Positions 38,941 to 48,669 of a stretch of DNA of 64,000 nt are shown in pieces. The position numbers and the translations under genes are program-made. Position 1 is the stretch's first letter. Each line of letters starts with the position of its first letter. The DNA comes from Pseudomonadota bacterium. Lineage in GTDB: Bacteria > Pseudomonadota > Alphaproteobacteria > Micavibrionales > Micavibrionaceae. The notes under the pieces are model-generated. The model was not told where the DNA came from. It searched no databases and was given only the letters and a program-made list of their open reading frames with translations. The stretch is from assembly GCA_048498395.1 (NCBI GenBank), contig JBEHYB010000001.1:3023-67022 (forward strand), in the 5' to 3' direction.

Positions 38941-40302
38941 TCAAAATTTCCTAGCTTTTACAGCATCTTGCACGGACAGCGCCCGGTAAATTTCCATGGT
39001 GATTTTCGGCTCGACAGACTGGAGCTGGTCAATTGTCAGCTCGGCAAGCATTACATTCTTCTCCTCGGCCATTTTGACGATACGGCCCGTCACGTGATGC
39101 GCATCGCGGAAAGGTAGGTTCAGGTTTTTCACCAGCCAGTCAGCAAGTTCGGTCGCCGTTGCAAAGCCGCTCTCCGCCGCGACGAGCATTTTCGCCTTGT
39201 CGAAAGTGGCAGTCGCGATCATGCCGCCAACGGCCTTCATGCAAAGGAGAATGGTGTCGAAACTTTCAAAGACTGCCGCCTTATCTTCCTGCATATCCTT
39301 ATTGTAGGTGAGCGGCAGGGCCTTCATCACCATCATCAACTGCACAAGATTCCCGGTCAGTCGGCCCGTCTTCGCTCGCACGAGTTCGGCCGCATCCGGG
39401 TTTTTCTTCTGCGGCATAATGGATGAGCCGGTCGACCATGCATCGGACAATTTCATGAAACCGAATTGCGGTGTCGTCCACAAGACGATTTCCTCGGCAA
39501 GACGCGACAGATTCAATCCGCATTGTGCGCAGGCGAAGAGGAACTCCAGCGCAAAATCGCGCGATCCCACAGCGTCCATCGTATTGGCGACAGGCGCGCT
39601 GAACCCCAGCGCTTTCGCGGTTTGCGCGCGGTCGATCGGGTAGGATGTCCCCGAGAGAGCGGCAGCGCCAAGCGGCGAGAAATTCAATCGCATCCTGCAA
39701 TCCTGAAAACGCGATTTGTCACGTGAGAGCATTTGGCTGTACGCATCAAGATGCAGCGCGAGTGTCACTGGCTGCGCCACCTGCAGGTGCGTGAAGCCGG
39801 GCATGATCGTGCCTTTATGAGCGACGATTATTTTCTCAAATATATTTTGCAGTTCTGAAATTTCCTGTGCGGCCATATCGCAAGCCTCGCGAACCCACAA
39901 GCGAAAATCTGTTGCCACCTGGTCGTTGCGCGAACGCGCGGTATGTAATCTGCCCGCTGCATCGCCGATCAGCTCTCTCAGCCTTGTCTCGACATTCATA
40001 TGAATATCTTCAAGTTCCGTTTTAAATTCAAACGCGCCGCTTTCGATTTCGCCTAGGATTTTATCCAGTCCCGACTGGATTTTCTGGTTGTCGTCGGCCG
40101 TGATTATTTTCTGAGCGGAGAGCATGGCCGCATGAGCCTTTGAGCCTTCTATATCCTGACGGTACAGACGTTTATCGATATCGATGGAGGCATTGATCTG
40201 TTCCATGATATTGTCGACTTTCGCGTCAAAACGCCCGCCCCAAATGGAAGATGAAGTAGATGATGAATTCGATGCTTTTGTCATGCGCAAATATATACTC
40301 AT
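38941..40302 (-). CDS. argH: argininosuccinate lyase
   Basis: 453-aa ORF with WGGRF near the N-terminus and the fumarate-lyase signature [12 protein letters not shown]. An alternative ATG lies 6 codons downstream. Confidence 0.9.
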   Translation of the reverse strand: MSIYLRMTKASNSSSTSSSIWGGRFDAKVDNIMEQINASIDIDKRLYRQDIEGSKAHAAMLSAQKIITADDNQKIQSGLDKILGEIESGAFEFKTELEDIHMNVETRLRELIGDAAGRLHTARSRNDQVATDFRLWVREACDMAAQEISELQNIFEKIIVAHKGTIMPGFTHLQVAQPVTLALHLDAYSQMLSRDKSRFQDCRMRLNFSPLGAAALSGTSYPIDRAQTAKALGFSAPVANTMDAVGSRDFALEFLFACAQCGLNLSRLAEEIVLWTTPQFGFMKLSDAWSTGSSIMPQKKNPDAAELVRAKTGRLTGNLVQLMMVMKALPLTYNKDMQEDKAAVFESFDTILLCMKAVGGMIATATFDKAKMLVAAESGFATATELADWLVKNLNLPFRDAHHVTGRIVKMAEEKNVMLAELTIDQLQSVEPKITMEIYRALSVQDAVKARKF

Positions 40303-40330
40303 TTGTCATTCCGGTGAAAGCCGGAATCTG
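40301..40330. repeat. palindromic repeat copy (ATTTGTCAT-TCCGGT-GAAA-GCCGGA-ATCT)
   Basis: atttgtcattccggtgaaagccggaatctg aligns by eye at most positions with the copy at 61784-61813. It forms an 8-bp stem including one G-U pair, with a GAAA loop. It abuts the argH start codon. Confidence 0.65.
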
Positions 40331-40363
40331 CTAGATTGTGCCGTCAACGAAAGCGCTTAATCC

Positions 40364-40741
40364 ATGCTTAAAAAACTTCTCTGCTTTATTCTTCTCGCCA
40401 CGCCCGCCCATGCCGCCGACGGCATCGCGCATGTTTGCGACATCAAGATCGAGTTCGGAAGCTTTACCACCGCCATCGATGCCGTGACCTATGAGAAAAT
40501 CATGGATAAAGCCCAGACGCTTCCTGCGATCACTGAGAAACATATCGAGAATTTGCAGCCGACGGGCCAGCGCACGCTCTGCCTGACTGTGCCCGACGAA
40601 ACGCAACTCGCCGATACTTACGACGCGCTGCGCGCCTTGTTGCCCGATGAAAGCAAACCGGGTTGGGAAGAAATCACGGCGCGAAACGGCTCTCACTTCA
40701 AAACGGAAGAATCAAAAGTCTTCGTCCGTCCTAAAATGTAG
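40364..40741 (+). CDS. small secreted hypothetical protein
   Basis: 125-aa ORF with a clear signal peptide (MLKKLLCFILLATPAHA|A). It sits on the opposite strand between argH and argG. A competing antisense ORF has no such features. Confidence 0.5.
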   Translation: MLKKLLCFILLATPAHAADGIAHVCDIKIEFGSFTTAIDAVTYEKIMDKAQTLPAITEKHIENLQPTGQRTLCLTVPDETQLADTYDALRALLPDESKPGWEEITARNGSHFKTEESKVFVRPKM

Positions 40742-40747
40742 CGCGGA

Positions 40748-41971
40748 TTATTTCTTCGCTACGCGCGACCAGTTACGCAAGCGCACGGCATTGATCTTGA
40801 TAAAGCCCTCGGCATCTTTCTGGTCATAGCCGCCTTCTTCATCCATCGATGACAATTTCGGATCATAAAGCGCTTTGGCGGATTCCCGTGCGATCGGATA
40901 GGCAACGCCCTTGAGCAACTTGACTTGTACGACACCGTCGATTCCGGCCTGCGATTTATCGATACAATGCATCAGGAATTCGAATTCCGGCGAGAACCAG
41001 AAGCCGTTATAGACAAGCTCGGCGACCTTGAGCGACAGCGTATCACGGATACGCATTACCTCGCGGTCCATGACCAGCCCTTCGATATCGCGATGCGCGT
41101 TATGCAGGATCGCCCCGCCCGGTGTCTCATAAACGCCGCGCGACTTGATGCCGACGAAACGGTTCTCAACCATATCGAGGCGGCCAATACCATGCTTGGT
41201 ACCGAGTTCGTTGAGATACATGAACAGCTCAAGCGGCTTACTCTCAATGCGGCCATCTGTTTTGTTTTCAACCTTGACGGGGTTGCCGTCTTTGAATGTG
41301 ATCGCGATTATGTCCGCGACATTCGGCGATGTCTCGATCGTCGCCGTACGCGAATAAACCTCTTCGCTACAGATCGCGTTCGGGTCCTCGAGAATCCCCG
41401 CCTCGTGGGAAATATGCAACAGGTTATCGTCTTCGGAATAAGGTTTTGAACGCGAAGCCTTGATCGGAATTCCGTGTTGCTCGGCGTACTGGATCATATC
41501 GGTACGACCCCTGAAACGTGCCAGGAATTCAGGCATTTTCCATGGTGCCAGCACCTTGATATTCGGTTGCAGCGAGTAATAAGACAACTCGAAACGCACC
41601 TGGTCATTGCCCTTGCCGGTCGCGCCGTGACTGACGAACTGCGCGTTTTCCTTCTTGGCGATTTCGATCTGGCGCTTGGCGATAACAGGCCGCGCGACCG
41701 ATGTTCCAAGAAGATAGCGGCCTTCATAAACCGCGTTCGCCTTGAAGGTCGGGAAAATATAATCTGTGACGAATTCACTTTTCAGGTCTTCGACATAGAC
41801 CTTGCTCGCACCGACCTTAAGCGCTTTTTCTTTTGCTGCCGTGAAATCTTCATCCTGTCCGACATCGGCTACATAAGCGATCACCTCATAACCTTCCTCA
41901 AGAAGCCATTTCAGAATGACTGATGTATCGAGACCACCTGAATCTGCGAGAACGACTTTGCCCTTGCTAAT
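40748..41971 (-). CDS. argG: argininosuccinate synthase (start is non-canonical: ATT at 41971 or ATC at 41974)
   Basis: The ORF track starts at a GTG at 41884. However, the same frame upstream encodes [30 protein letters not shown], which is the conserved ATP-pyrophosphatase P-loop (SGGLDTS). AGAAGGAA lies just upstream. Confidence 0.85.
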   Translation of the reverse strand: MSKGKVVLADSGGLDTSVILKWLLEEGYEVIAYVADVGQDEDFTAAKEKALKVGASKVYVEDLKSEFVTDYIFPTFKANAVYEGRYLLGTSVARPVIAKRQIEIAKKENAQFVSHGATGKGNDQVRFELSYYSLQPNIKVLAPWKMPEFLARFRGRTDMIQYAEQHGIPIKASRSKPYSEDDNLLHISHEAGILEDPNAICSEEVYSRTATIETSPNVADIIAITFKDGNPVKVENKTDGRIESKPLELFMYLNELGTKHGIGRLDMVENRFVGIKSRGVYETPGGAILHNAHRDIEGLVMDREVMRIRDTLSLKVAELVYNGFWFSPEFEFLMHCIDKSQAGIDGVVQVKLLKGVAYPIARESAKALYDPKLSSMDEEGGYDQKDAEGFIKINAVRLRNWSRVAKK

Positions 41972-41985
41972 GATATAATTCCTTC

Positions 41986-42855
41986 TTATTGACTGATTTT
42001 AACTTCGGTATTTTGCAGGCACCAGGCCAGGATTGCTTTTTGCGCATGGAGACGATTTTCAGCCTCGTCATAAATCACGCTGGCCGGTGATGCAAGGACT
42101 TCATTGGTGACTTCTTCGCCGCGATGGATCGGCATGCAATGCATGAATATCGCATCGGATTTAGCCTGTGCCATCAGCGTGGTATTGACTTGGTACGGCT
42201 GGAATATGTCTTTCGCCTTGCCTTCCTGACCCATCGATACCCACGTATCTGTAATGACCACATCAGCATTCGCGACGGCTTCCTGCGGTGATACGGCATT
42301 GTCAAAATTCGGACTCGCGATCGCGAGATCAAATCCGAATTTCGGCGCGGCCTGCACGAATGTTTTCGCGACATTGTTATAATCGCCCAGCCACGCGAAT
42401 TTCAGCCCATCAATCTGGCCCTTTTTTTCTTCGACTGTCATCAGATCCGCCATGATCTGGCACGGATGAGACTGATCGGTCAGCGCGTTGATAATGGGAA
42501 TCGATGAATGCTGCGCAAGTTCTTCGACCATTGCATGATCGCTCATTCTTATCATCACCGCGTCAACGAAACGCGAAAGGACTTTCGCCGTGTCCTCTAC
42601 GCTTTCATTGACCCCGAGCTGCATCTCGTCCTTGGTCATGACAATCGTATGCCCGCCTAATTGTTTAAACGCCACCTCGAAAGAGAGCCTTGTACGGGTG
42701 GATTTCTTGTCGAAAACCATGGCAAGCGACATGCCGCGAAATAACTGCGGCGGCTCGTATTTCTGCTCTTTCAGCTCACGCGCATGCGCGATAATCCGTT
42801 TGAGGGATGATGCGGATAAAGTATCGAGATTTATAAAATGCTTGGAATTATTCAT
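41986..42855 (-). CDS. argF: ornithine carbamoyltransferase
   Basis: Motifs are [27 protein letters not shown] and [12 protein letters not shown] prefer the ATG at 42855 to the TTG at 42882. Confidence 0.85.
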   Translation of the reverse strand: MNNSKHFINLDTLSASSLKRIIAHARELKEQKYEPPQLFRGMSLAMVFDKKSTRTRLSFEVAFKQLGGHTIVMTKDEMQLGVNESVEDTAKVLSRFVDAVMIRMSDHAMVEELAQHSSIPIINALTDQSHPCQIMADLMTVEEKKGQIDGLKFAWLGDYNNVAKTFVQAAPKFGFDLAIASPNFDNAVSPQEAVANADVVITDTWVSMGQEGKAKDIFQPYQVNTTLMAQAKSDAIFMHCMPIHRGEEVTNEVLASPASVIYDEAENRLHAQKAILAWCLQNTEVKISQ

Positions 42856-42973
42856 GTTAACTGCCTTATTTTTCGTGTTCAAAAGAGAAAAGTGAACAAC
42901 AGGCAGCGCCTCCTGATCACCGTATACTAGCTACGGCGTCGACGTCGGACAGAAATCAGGGGCATCGATATTT

Positions 42974-43007
42974 TCATGAAGAAAAGCTACGGGCTTTTTC
43001 TTCATGA
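42974..43007 (-). terminator. hairpin downstream of the large Clp-like gene
   Basis: Inverted repeat TCATGAAGAAAAGC / GCTTTTTCTTCATGA, about 14 bp with one bulge and a 5-nt loop, 25 nt past the stop. There is no clean T-run after it on the minus strand. Confidence 0.45.
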
Positions 43008-43032
43008 CGCAAGAATTATTTTTATCGCGGGT

Positions 43033-46000
43033 CTAGCTTGGTGCCGTACCGGTTCTGAGAACGAATGCAGGTTTCAGCTCGCCGTCATTCGCAACAGGTT
43101 TTTTACGCACGCTGCTAATCGGGACAACAACACCGTCCCCTTTGTTTTCTTCCGGCGCAGTACCCGTCGTCATTTCGATAGCGGTACCTTTTTTCAGCGA
43201 CAGATTGCTCTGACGCAGAACCCAGTCGGAAAGCGGCGTTTCAACCGTTTTCTGCCATTCACGCTTGAGCGGACGCGCGCCGTAACGAATATCAAATCCT
43301 TTCAGTGCGACCGCATCCATAAAGGGCTGCGCCACACTCAAGTCCAGCTGGTACTGACCTTTGACCTGACCTGCTGTGCGTTCAAACTCACGTTTGACAA
43401 GCTTGGCCAATGTTTCCTTGCGCAGGGAATTGAAGAAGATAACGCCGTCCATACGGTTCAGGAATTCGGGCGTGAAGAAACTCTTTACATGACGTTCATA
43501 GATAGGACGCGCCATTTTCTGCCATTCCTCGTAATCGCGCAGCGGATCAAGTCCGCGCTTGACCGCCGTATCCATGACTTCCTGCGCGCCGAGATTGACC
43601 GTGAAAATATTGACGGTGTTTTTAAAGTCCGCCGTCACACCGCGCCCGTCCGTCATGATGCCGGAAGACAAGGGCGCGAGAAGCGTGTTGAAAATATCCG
43701 GATGTGCCTTCTCGGCTTCATCGAACAGGTTGACGCTATACGGGTGATTGCGCACAGCCTTGATGATCTTGCCGCCTTCGTCATATCCCACATAGCCGGG
43801 AGCCGCGCCGCGCAAGGCTGAAGCCGCATGTTTTTCCTGGAATTCACCCATATCGAAGCGGTTGAGGAATCCTTCCGTACTGCTGCCGACCATAAATTCC
43901 GCCACTGCTTTCGACAGTTCTGTTTTACCTACACCAGTCGGCCCGACGAAGATAAAATTCCCGATTGGTCTTGATGTGTCTCGCAAACCCGCACGTGCGC
44001 GTTTCAGGGCACCCGATACTTCTGCCAGTGCTTCCGGCTGATCGAACACTTTTTTGCCAAGCGTGTGTTCAAGCACGGCATAGCGGTCGCGGTCGTTCTG
44101 GCTCAGATAGCTGAGCGGTATGCCGCTTTTCGCTGAAACGGCGAGATTGATATGCTCTTTCTGCAAAGTCTTCGCACCCTGATTGCGCGCAATGGAACAG
44201 GCCTGATCGAGAATATCGATCGATTTATCGGGCTGTTTGACCGTATGGATATAATGCCCCGCAGAATCCGCGATATATTCCATCAAATGATTTGGAATGC
44301 GTATCTTGTGATGAGCGGAATATTTTGTCTTCTGCCCGAGAAGAATATTCGTTGTCTCTTCAACGCTCGGCTCGTCGAGTTCTACCGGCTGAAACCTGCG
44401 TGCGAAAGCCGCATCTTTCTCGATACGCGTGTTATATTCTTCGCGTGTCGTATTGGCGATGACATAAAGATCGCCGCTTGTGAGATAGGGCTTGATCAGA
44501 CCTTTGAAGCCAGTGCTTTTCATACCCGCGCCTGCTTCCATATTTTCGCCCAACTCGTCGATGGCCAGGAACACTGGCGGCAGTTTGCCATGTGCGTTGC
44601 GCTCGGAAATACCCTTGGCGATCGCGGTGACGCGCTCTTCGAAAACACCGCGGAATGGTGAATCGTTCATGGAACCTAGGTCAAGCGCCAGCACGCGCGC
44701 ACCGAAGAATGGCTTTGGAACATCGCCTTTTTGAATCTTGATCGCAAGACCTTCAAGGATTTTGCTTTTCCCGATACCCGGTTCGCCGATCAGGAGCGGG
44801 TTCTTCTTGCCGCGCTTCTGAAGGATCGTCATGACTTCATCCATGACTTTCTCATTGCCGATCATCGGGTCGAATTTTTTCTTCTTGGCCAGCGCCGTAT
44901 AATCAATGCAGTAGTTTCTGATCAAGTCTTCCAGATATGAATCCGGGATAGTGTAAGGACCTTCGATATTGCGCGGCGGATCGAACATCATCTGGAAAAA
45001 TAATCTGGACGAGTTTTTCGCGCCTTTGCCGGCTTTCTTTGCCTTCTCCTCGTCTTCCTTTACCTCGCGGTATTTTTTCGGCCATTCCTTGAGCATATCG
45101 CGGGTCAACCCGGCACGATTGAAAAGCTGGTCAACTTCCTTGTCAGTCTTGATGAGATGCCACAAAAGCGGAATGGCGTTCTCTTCTTTCTTGTAGATTT
45201 CGTTCAAACGTTCGAGCAGCGGGTAAATACCGTACGAAATTTGCGTACGAACGCGCACACCCCTCGTGCCGCGATCATCTATCTTCTTGGCGGCATAAGC
45301 GACTTTATCGCTGAATTCCATCAAATCCTTGATGCCAAGATTCCTGAAATGAAGGCTTAATTCTATCTCGTTCAAAAGTGCGAGCGCCAAGTGACGCGGC
45401 GCAAGCGTGCGCGAATTGGAGGACAGGGCTTCTTCATAGGCACTTGTCAGGATACTTTGTATCTCCAGTTCTGGCAGTATTTTCGCCAGCGGATCGACAT
45501 ATTCGACATCGGCTGACGGCAGGCCGTTACGATGCAGGAGTTGTTTATAAAACGGACCGGATTCGGCGATTAGCGTGTCGATCACCACGGATTTCGGTGG
45601 CTCAATCAGTGGATTCTCGCGCAAGCTTTCCATGATCGTCAAAGGACTGAGGTCTTCAGGAAAATCCGCCATTTCTGGATTTATGAGTAGCCCACTGAGG
45701 GTTAATGTAAGGCCTTCGAGGATTTTGTCTTCGATTCTATTATCAATTTCGACAACCAGATCCTTAGACTTATCGATCCCGATGATGCGCCGCTTGCCAT
45801 CAGGCATTTTTTCATCGGCAACAAAAGCGGTTATCTGCGCCAGCAGACTGACGAGTATTTTTTGTTTTATCTCGGCAACCTGTATTGCATCTGCATCCTC
45901 TGTTACCTGGTGGAACATTGTATTATTTATTTTGTCACTAAGTATTTTATAAACCTGTCCTAAGGCTACGCCTTTCTCATCACGCGTTTCCTTGTTCTGT

Positions 46001-46308
46001 ATAAACTCATGCACACTTCTGACTTCACGGCTCAATTCCCGTAGCGCTTTTTTGCGCAAGTCCAACGCACTGGTGCCTGTATCTTCCGAATGGTAGTGCG
46101 GGAAGTTGGTGATCAGCTGGATTTCTTTTTTCAAATTATCAGTATTGATACCGCGCTCTAATAAGGTTTCGGCATAAGCGGGTGTATTGAGCGCTGCGAC
46201 CCAGACATCGTTCCAGTTAGCAGTCTCCGCCGCGCGCTTGATTGTATGGTTACGAATTGAATCTAGAAAACTGACAAAACTATTTGGGGGTCTATCTTCA
46301 CGCAGCAT
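43033..46308 (-). CDS. atypical ClpA-architecture Hsp100 (two AAA+ modules) with a long N-terminal extension
   Basis: 1091-aa ORF. D1 has GEPGIGKS, FLAIDELG, IANTT and AFARRFQPV. D2 has GPTGVGKT, LFDEAEKAHPD, PEFLNRMD and GARPLKR. There is no M-domain-sized insert between D1 and D2. Confidence 0.85.
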   Translation of the reverse strand: MLREDRPPNSFVSFLDSIRNHTIKRAAETANWNDVWVAALNTPAYAETLLERGINTDNLKKEIQLITNFPHYHSEDTGTSALDLRKKALRELSREVRSVHEFIQNKETRDEKGVALGQVYKILSDKINNTMFHQVTEDADAIQVAEIKQKILVSLLAQITAFVADEKMPDGKRRIIGIDKSKDLVVEIDNRIEDKILEGLTLTLSGLLINPEMADFPEDLSPLTIMESLRENPLIEPPKSVVIDTLIAESGPFYKQLLHRNGLPSADVEYVDPLAKILPELEIQSILTSAYEEALSSNSRTLAPRHLALALLNEIELSLHFRNLGIKDLMEFSDKVAYAAKKIDDRGTRGVRVRTQISYGIYPLLERLNEIYKKEENAIPLLWHLIKTDKEVDQLFNRAGLTRDMLKEWPKKYREVKEDEEKAKKAGKGAKNSSRLFFQMMFDPPRNIEGPYTIPDSYLEDLIRNYCIDYTALAKKKKFDPMIGNEKVMDEVMTILQKRGKKNPLLIGEPGIGKSKILEGLAIKIQKGDVPKPFFGARVLALDLGSMNDSPFRGVFEERVTAIAKGISERNAHGKLPPVFLAIDELGENMEAGAGMKSTGFKGLIKPYLTSGDLYVIANTTREEYNTRIEKDAAFARRFQPVELDEPSVEETTNILLGQKTKYSAHHKIRIPNHLMEYIADSAGHYIHTVKQPDKSIDILDQACSIARNQGAKTLQKEHINLAVSAKSGIPLSYLSQNDRDRYAVLEHTLGKKVFDQPEALAEVSGALKRARAGLRDTSRPIGNFIFVGPTGVGKTELSKAVAEFMVGSSTEGFLNRFDMGEFQEKHAASALRGAAPGYVGYDEGGKIIKAVRNHPYSVNLFDEAEKAHPDIFNTLLAPLSSGIMTDGRGVTADFKNTVNIFTVNLGAQEVMDTAVKRGLDPLRDYEEWQKMARPIYERHVKSFFTPEFLNRMDGVIFFNSLRKETLAKLVKREFERTAGQVKGQYQLDLSVAQPFMDAVALKGFDIRYGARPLKREWQKTVETPLSDWVLRQSNLSLKKGTAIEMTTGTAPEENKGDGVVVPISSVRKKPVANDGELKPAFVLRTGTAPS

Positions 46309-46332
46309 ACTAAGTACCTTCCTGTAGGGAAG

Positions 46333-46362
46333 TTTTTAGGACAAATGCGCTGAATATGTCAA
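46333..46362 (-). promoter_or_regulatory. putative sigma-70-type promoter of the Clp-like gene
   Basis: The minus strand reads TTGACA (46362-46357), an 18-nt spacer, then TAAAAA (46338-46333), about 25 nt upstream of the ATG. GGAAGG is the ribosome-binding site. This is a sequence match only. Confidence 0.3.
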
Positions 46363-46391
46363 TTTTTGCCTGAATATTTTACATATATTAT

Positions 46392-48605
46392 TCATATGAT
46401 CGATTCGACGAAGTTTTCCATCACGCGCCGTGTTTCACCGTCATCGAAATTGATGTCCAGTTTACGTCCGTCAACAAGGATCACCGTCCCGCCACCGAAT
46501 GAATCATGGAACACGCGGTCGCCTGTTTTGTACTTCGATGTCTTCTGTTCGGTCCCGCGTCGCCATGTGGAATTCGTCGCCGGTGCCGTATTCGAGAAAC
46601 TACCAAAACCAAGACCCTTGGAGTCCCAATGTTGCGAGCGACCGGCGTTGTACATACCGGCCTCGGTTTCGGATTCAACATGTTCTTTTGGAAGCTCATC
46701 AACGAAACGTGATGGAATTGCGTTGACCCAATTACCGTACATGCGACGATTACCCACCGACGTGATATAGGCGCGTTTTCGTGCGCGCGTGATTCCGACA
46801 TAGGCGAGGCGGCGTTCTTCCTCAAGACCTGCAACGCCATTTTCATCCATCGTGCGTTGTGACGGAAATAATCCTTCTTCCCACCCGGGCAGGAATACGG
46901 CATCAAACTCCAGGCCTTTCGCGCCGTGCAGCGTCATCAACGATACGTAATCGTCATCGGCATTGGCCTGCTGGTTCTCAAGCACCAGCGCGACATGCTC
47001 AAGAAAACTCTCAAGTGATTCAAATTCTTCCATACCAGCGACAAGTTCTTTCAAGTTCTCAAGCCGTCCCGGCGCTTCGGGCGTTTTATCCGCCTGCCAC
47101 ATCGCGGTATAGCCAGATTCATCGAGAACCTGCCCGGCGAGATCGCCATGCTTCATCGTCGAGACCAGAGATCTCCATCTCTCGAAATCTCTGATGAGCG
47201 TTTTAAGCGTTGTGCGCACTTTCGGTTTCAGAACTTCCGTCTCGCATAATTCGGCTGTTGCGAAATAAAGGCTTACTCCCTTACTGCGCGCATAATCATA
47301 AAGACTTTGTACCGTCGCGTCGCCAATGCCGCGCTTCGGGACATTAATGATGCGCTCGAACGCGAGATCGTCGTTCGGCTGTGCGGTGACGCGCAAATAG
47401 GCGAGTGCATCACGGATTTCCTGCCGTTCATAAAAGCGCGGGCCGCCGAAAACGCGATAGGGCAGGCCAAGCTGGATAAATCTTTCCTCGAATTCGCGCA
47501 TCTGGAACCCTGCACGCACCAGCACCGCCATCTGCCGCAACTTCCAGCGCTTGTTCTGCAGACTTTCCATTTCTTCGCCCATATAACGGGCCTCAGCTTC
47601 ACCGTCCCACAACGCCTTGACGATGATCTTGTCGCCCTGTTCGTCCTGCGACCACAGTGTTTTGCCAAGACGGCCCTTGTTATTCGAGATCACACCTGAG
47701 GCTGCCGCAAGAATATGCCCTGTGGAACGGTAATTTTGTTCGAGCTTGACAATCTTGGCATTGGGAAAATCTTTTTCAAAGCGCAGGATGTTGCCGACTT
47801 CCGCTCCGCGCCAGCCATAGATTGACTGGTCGTCATCACCGACGCAGCAGATATTATTCGACCCCTGTGCAAGCAGTCTCAGCCACAGATATTGCGCGAC
47901 GTTCGTATCCTGGTACTCATCGACCATGATATACTTGAAACGGCGGTGATAATCGGCCAGCACGTCCGCATGTCCGCGCAAAATAGTGATCATATGCATT
48001 AAAAGATCGCCGAAATCACAGGCATTGATCGTTTTCAGGCGCTCCTGATACTGGCGATAGATGGAAAGAAGCTTTCCGTTCGCGAAATCGCCCGCGTCGT
48101 TGGCCGTGACATCTTCAGGTTTGAGCGCGCGATCTTTCCAACGCTCGATCATGGTCAGGATCACGCGTGGCGGCCATTTTTTTGAATCGATATTCTCCGC
48201 TTCGCAGATCTGCTTTATCAGGCGTACTGCGTCGTCCTGATCGATAATCGTGAATTGCGGTGTCAGCCCCACCAGATCGGCATGACGGCGCAGCATGCGC
48301 GCGCACAGAGCGTGAAACGTACCCAGCCACCAGCCTTCAACAGGTTGCCCGCCGAGCAGCTTCGACACGCGCTCTTTCATTTCCTGCGCGGCCTTGTTGG
48401 TGAATGTCACGGAAAGAATCTGTCCGGGAAAAGCCTTGCCGCTCGTCAGTAAATACGCGAGGCGTGTCGTCAGCACGCGGGTTTTTCCCGTGCCCGCGCC
48501 GGCAATAATCAGGACGGGGCCGTCCAAAGCCAGCGCGGCTTCGCGCTGCCTGTCATTCAAGCCTAAAAGATAGGCAGGCTCGGGAGATAAATTTTGTGGA
48601 ATCAT
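46392..48605 (-). CDS. uvrD: ATP-dependent DNA helicase, UvrD/Rep/PcrA family
   Basis: I prefer the start at the ATG at 48605 (MIPQNL...). It has Walker A AGAGTGKT and motif II VDEYQDTN. The C-terminal region is typical of UvrD. Confidence 0.8.
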   Translation of the reverse strand: MIPQNLSPEPAYLLGLNDRQREAALALDGPVLIIAGAGTGKTRVLTTRLAYLLTSGKAFPGQILSVTFTNKAAQEMKERVSKLLGGQPVEGWWLGTFHALCARMLRRHADLVGLTPQFTIIDQDDAVRLIKQICEAENIDSKKWPPRVILTMIERWKDRALKPEDVTANDAGDFANGKLLSIYRQYQERLKTINACDFGDLLMHMITILRGHADVLADYHRRFKYIMVDEYQDTNVAQYLWLRLLAQGSNNICCVGDDDQSIYGWRGAEVGNILRFEKDFPNAKIVKLEQNYRSTGHILAAASGVISNNKGRLGKTLWSQDEQGDKIIVKALWDGEAEARYMGEEMESLQNKRWKLRQMAVLVRAGFQMREFEERFIQLGLPYRVFGGPRFYERQEIRDALAYLRVTAQPNDDLAFERIINVPKRGIGDATVQSLYDYARSKGVSLYFATAELCETEVLKPKVRTTLKTLIRDFERWRSLVSTMKHGDLAGQVLDESGYTAMWQADKTPEAPGRLENLKELVAGMEEFESLESFLEHVALVLENQQANADDDYVSLMTLHGAKGLEFDAVFLPGWEEGLFPSQRTMDENGVAGLEEERRLAYVGITRARKRAYITSVGNRRMYGNWVNAIPSRFVDELPKEHVESETEAGMYNAGRSQHWDSKGLGFGSFSNTAPATNSTWRRGTEQKTSKYKTGDRVFHDSFGGGTVILVDGRKLDINFDDGETRRVMENFVESII

Positions 48606-48630
48606 GGATAGGAAAATAGAGACTGTCCTA

Positions 48631-48669
48631 CTAAAAAACAAACAATAATCGGGAAATTCCCGATTATTG
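48631..48669 (-). terminator. Rho-independent terminator of the RTX-like gene
   Basis: Perfect inverted repeat CAATAATCGGGA(A) / (T)TCCCGATTATTG at 48643-48669, overlapping the stop codon. On the minus strand it is followed by TTTGTTTTTT. Confidence 0.75.

Noticed and set aside
42976-43821. 281-aa plus-strand ORF
   Set aside because: It lies entirely antisense to the Clp-like gene, whose frame carries unmistakable AAA+ D2 motifs. Its own translation is Arg-rich low-complexity sequence typical of antisense frames.
46309-46332. Hairpin that could sequester the ribosome-binding site of the Clp-like gene (RNA-thermometer idea)
   Set aside because: Only a 5-bp stem (CUUCC/GGAAG) can be drawn, which is too weak to claim a regulatory structure.
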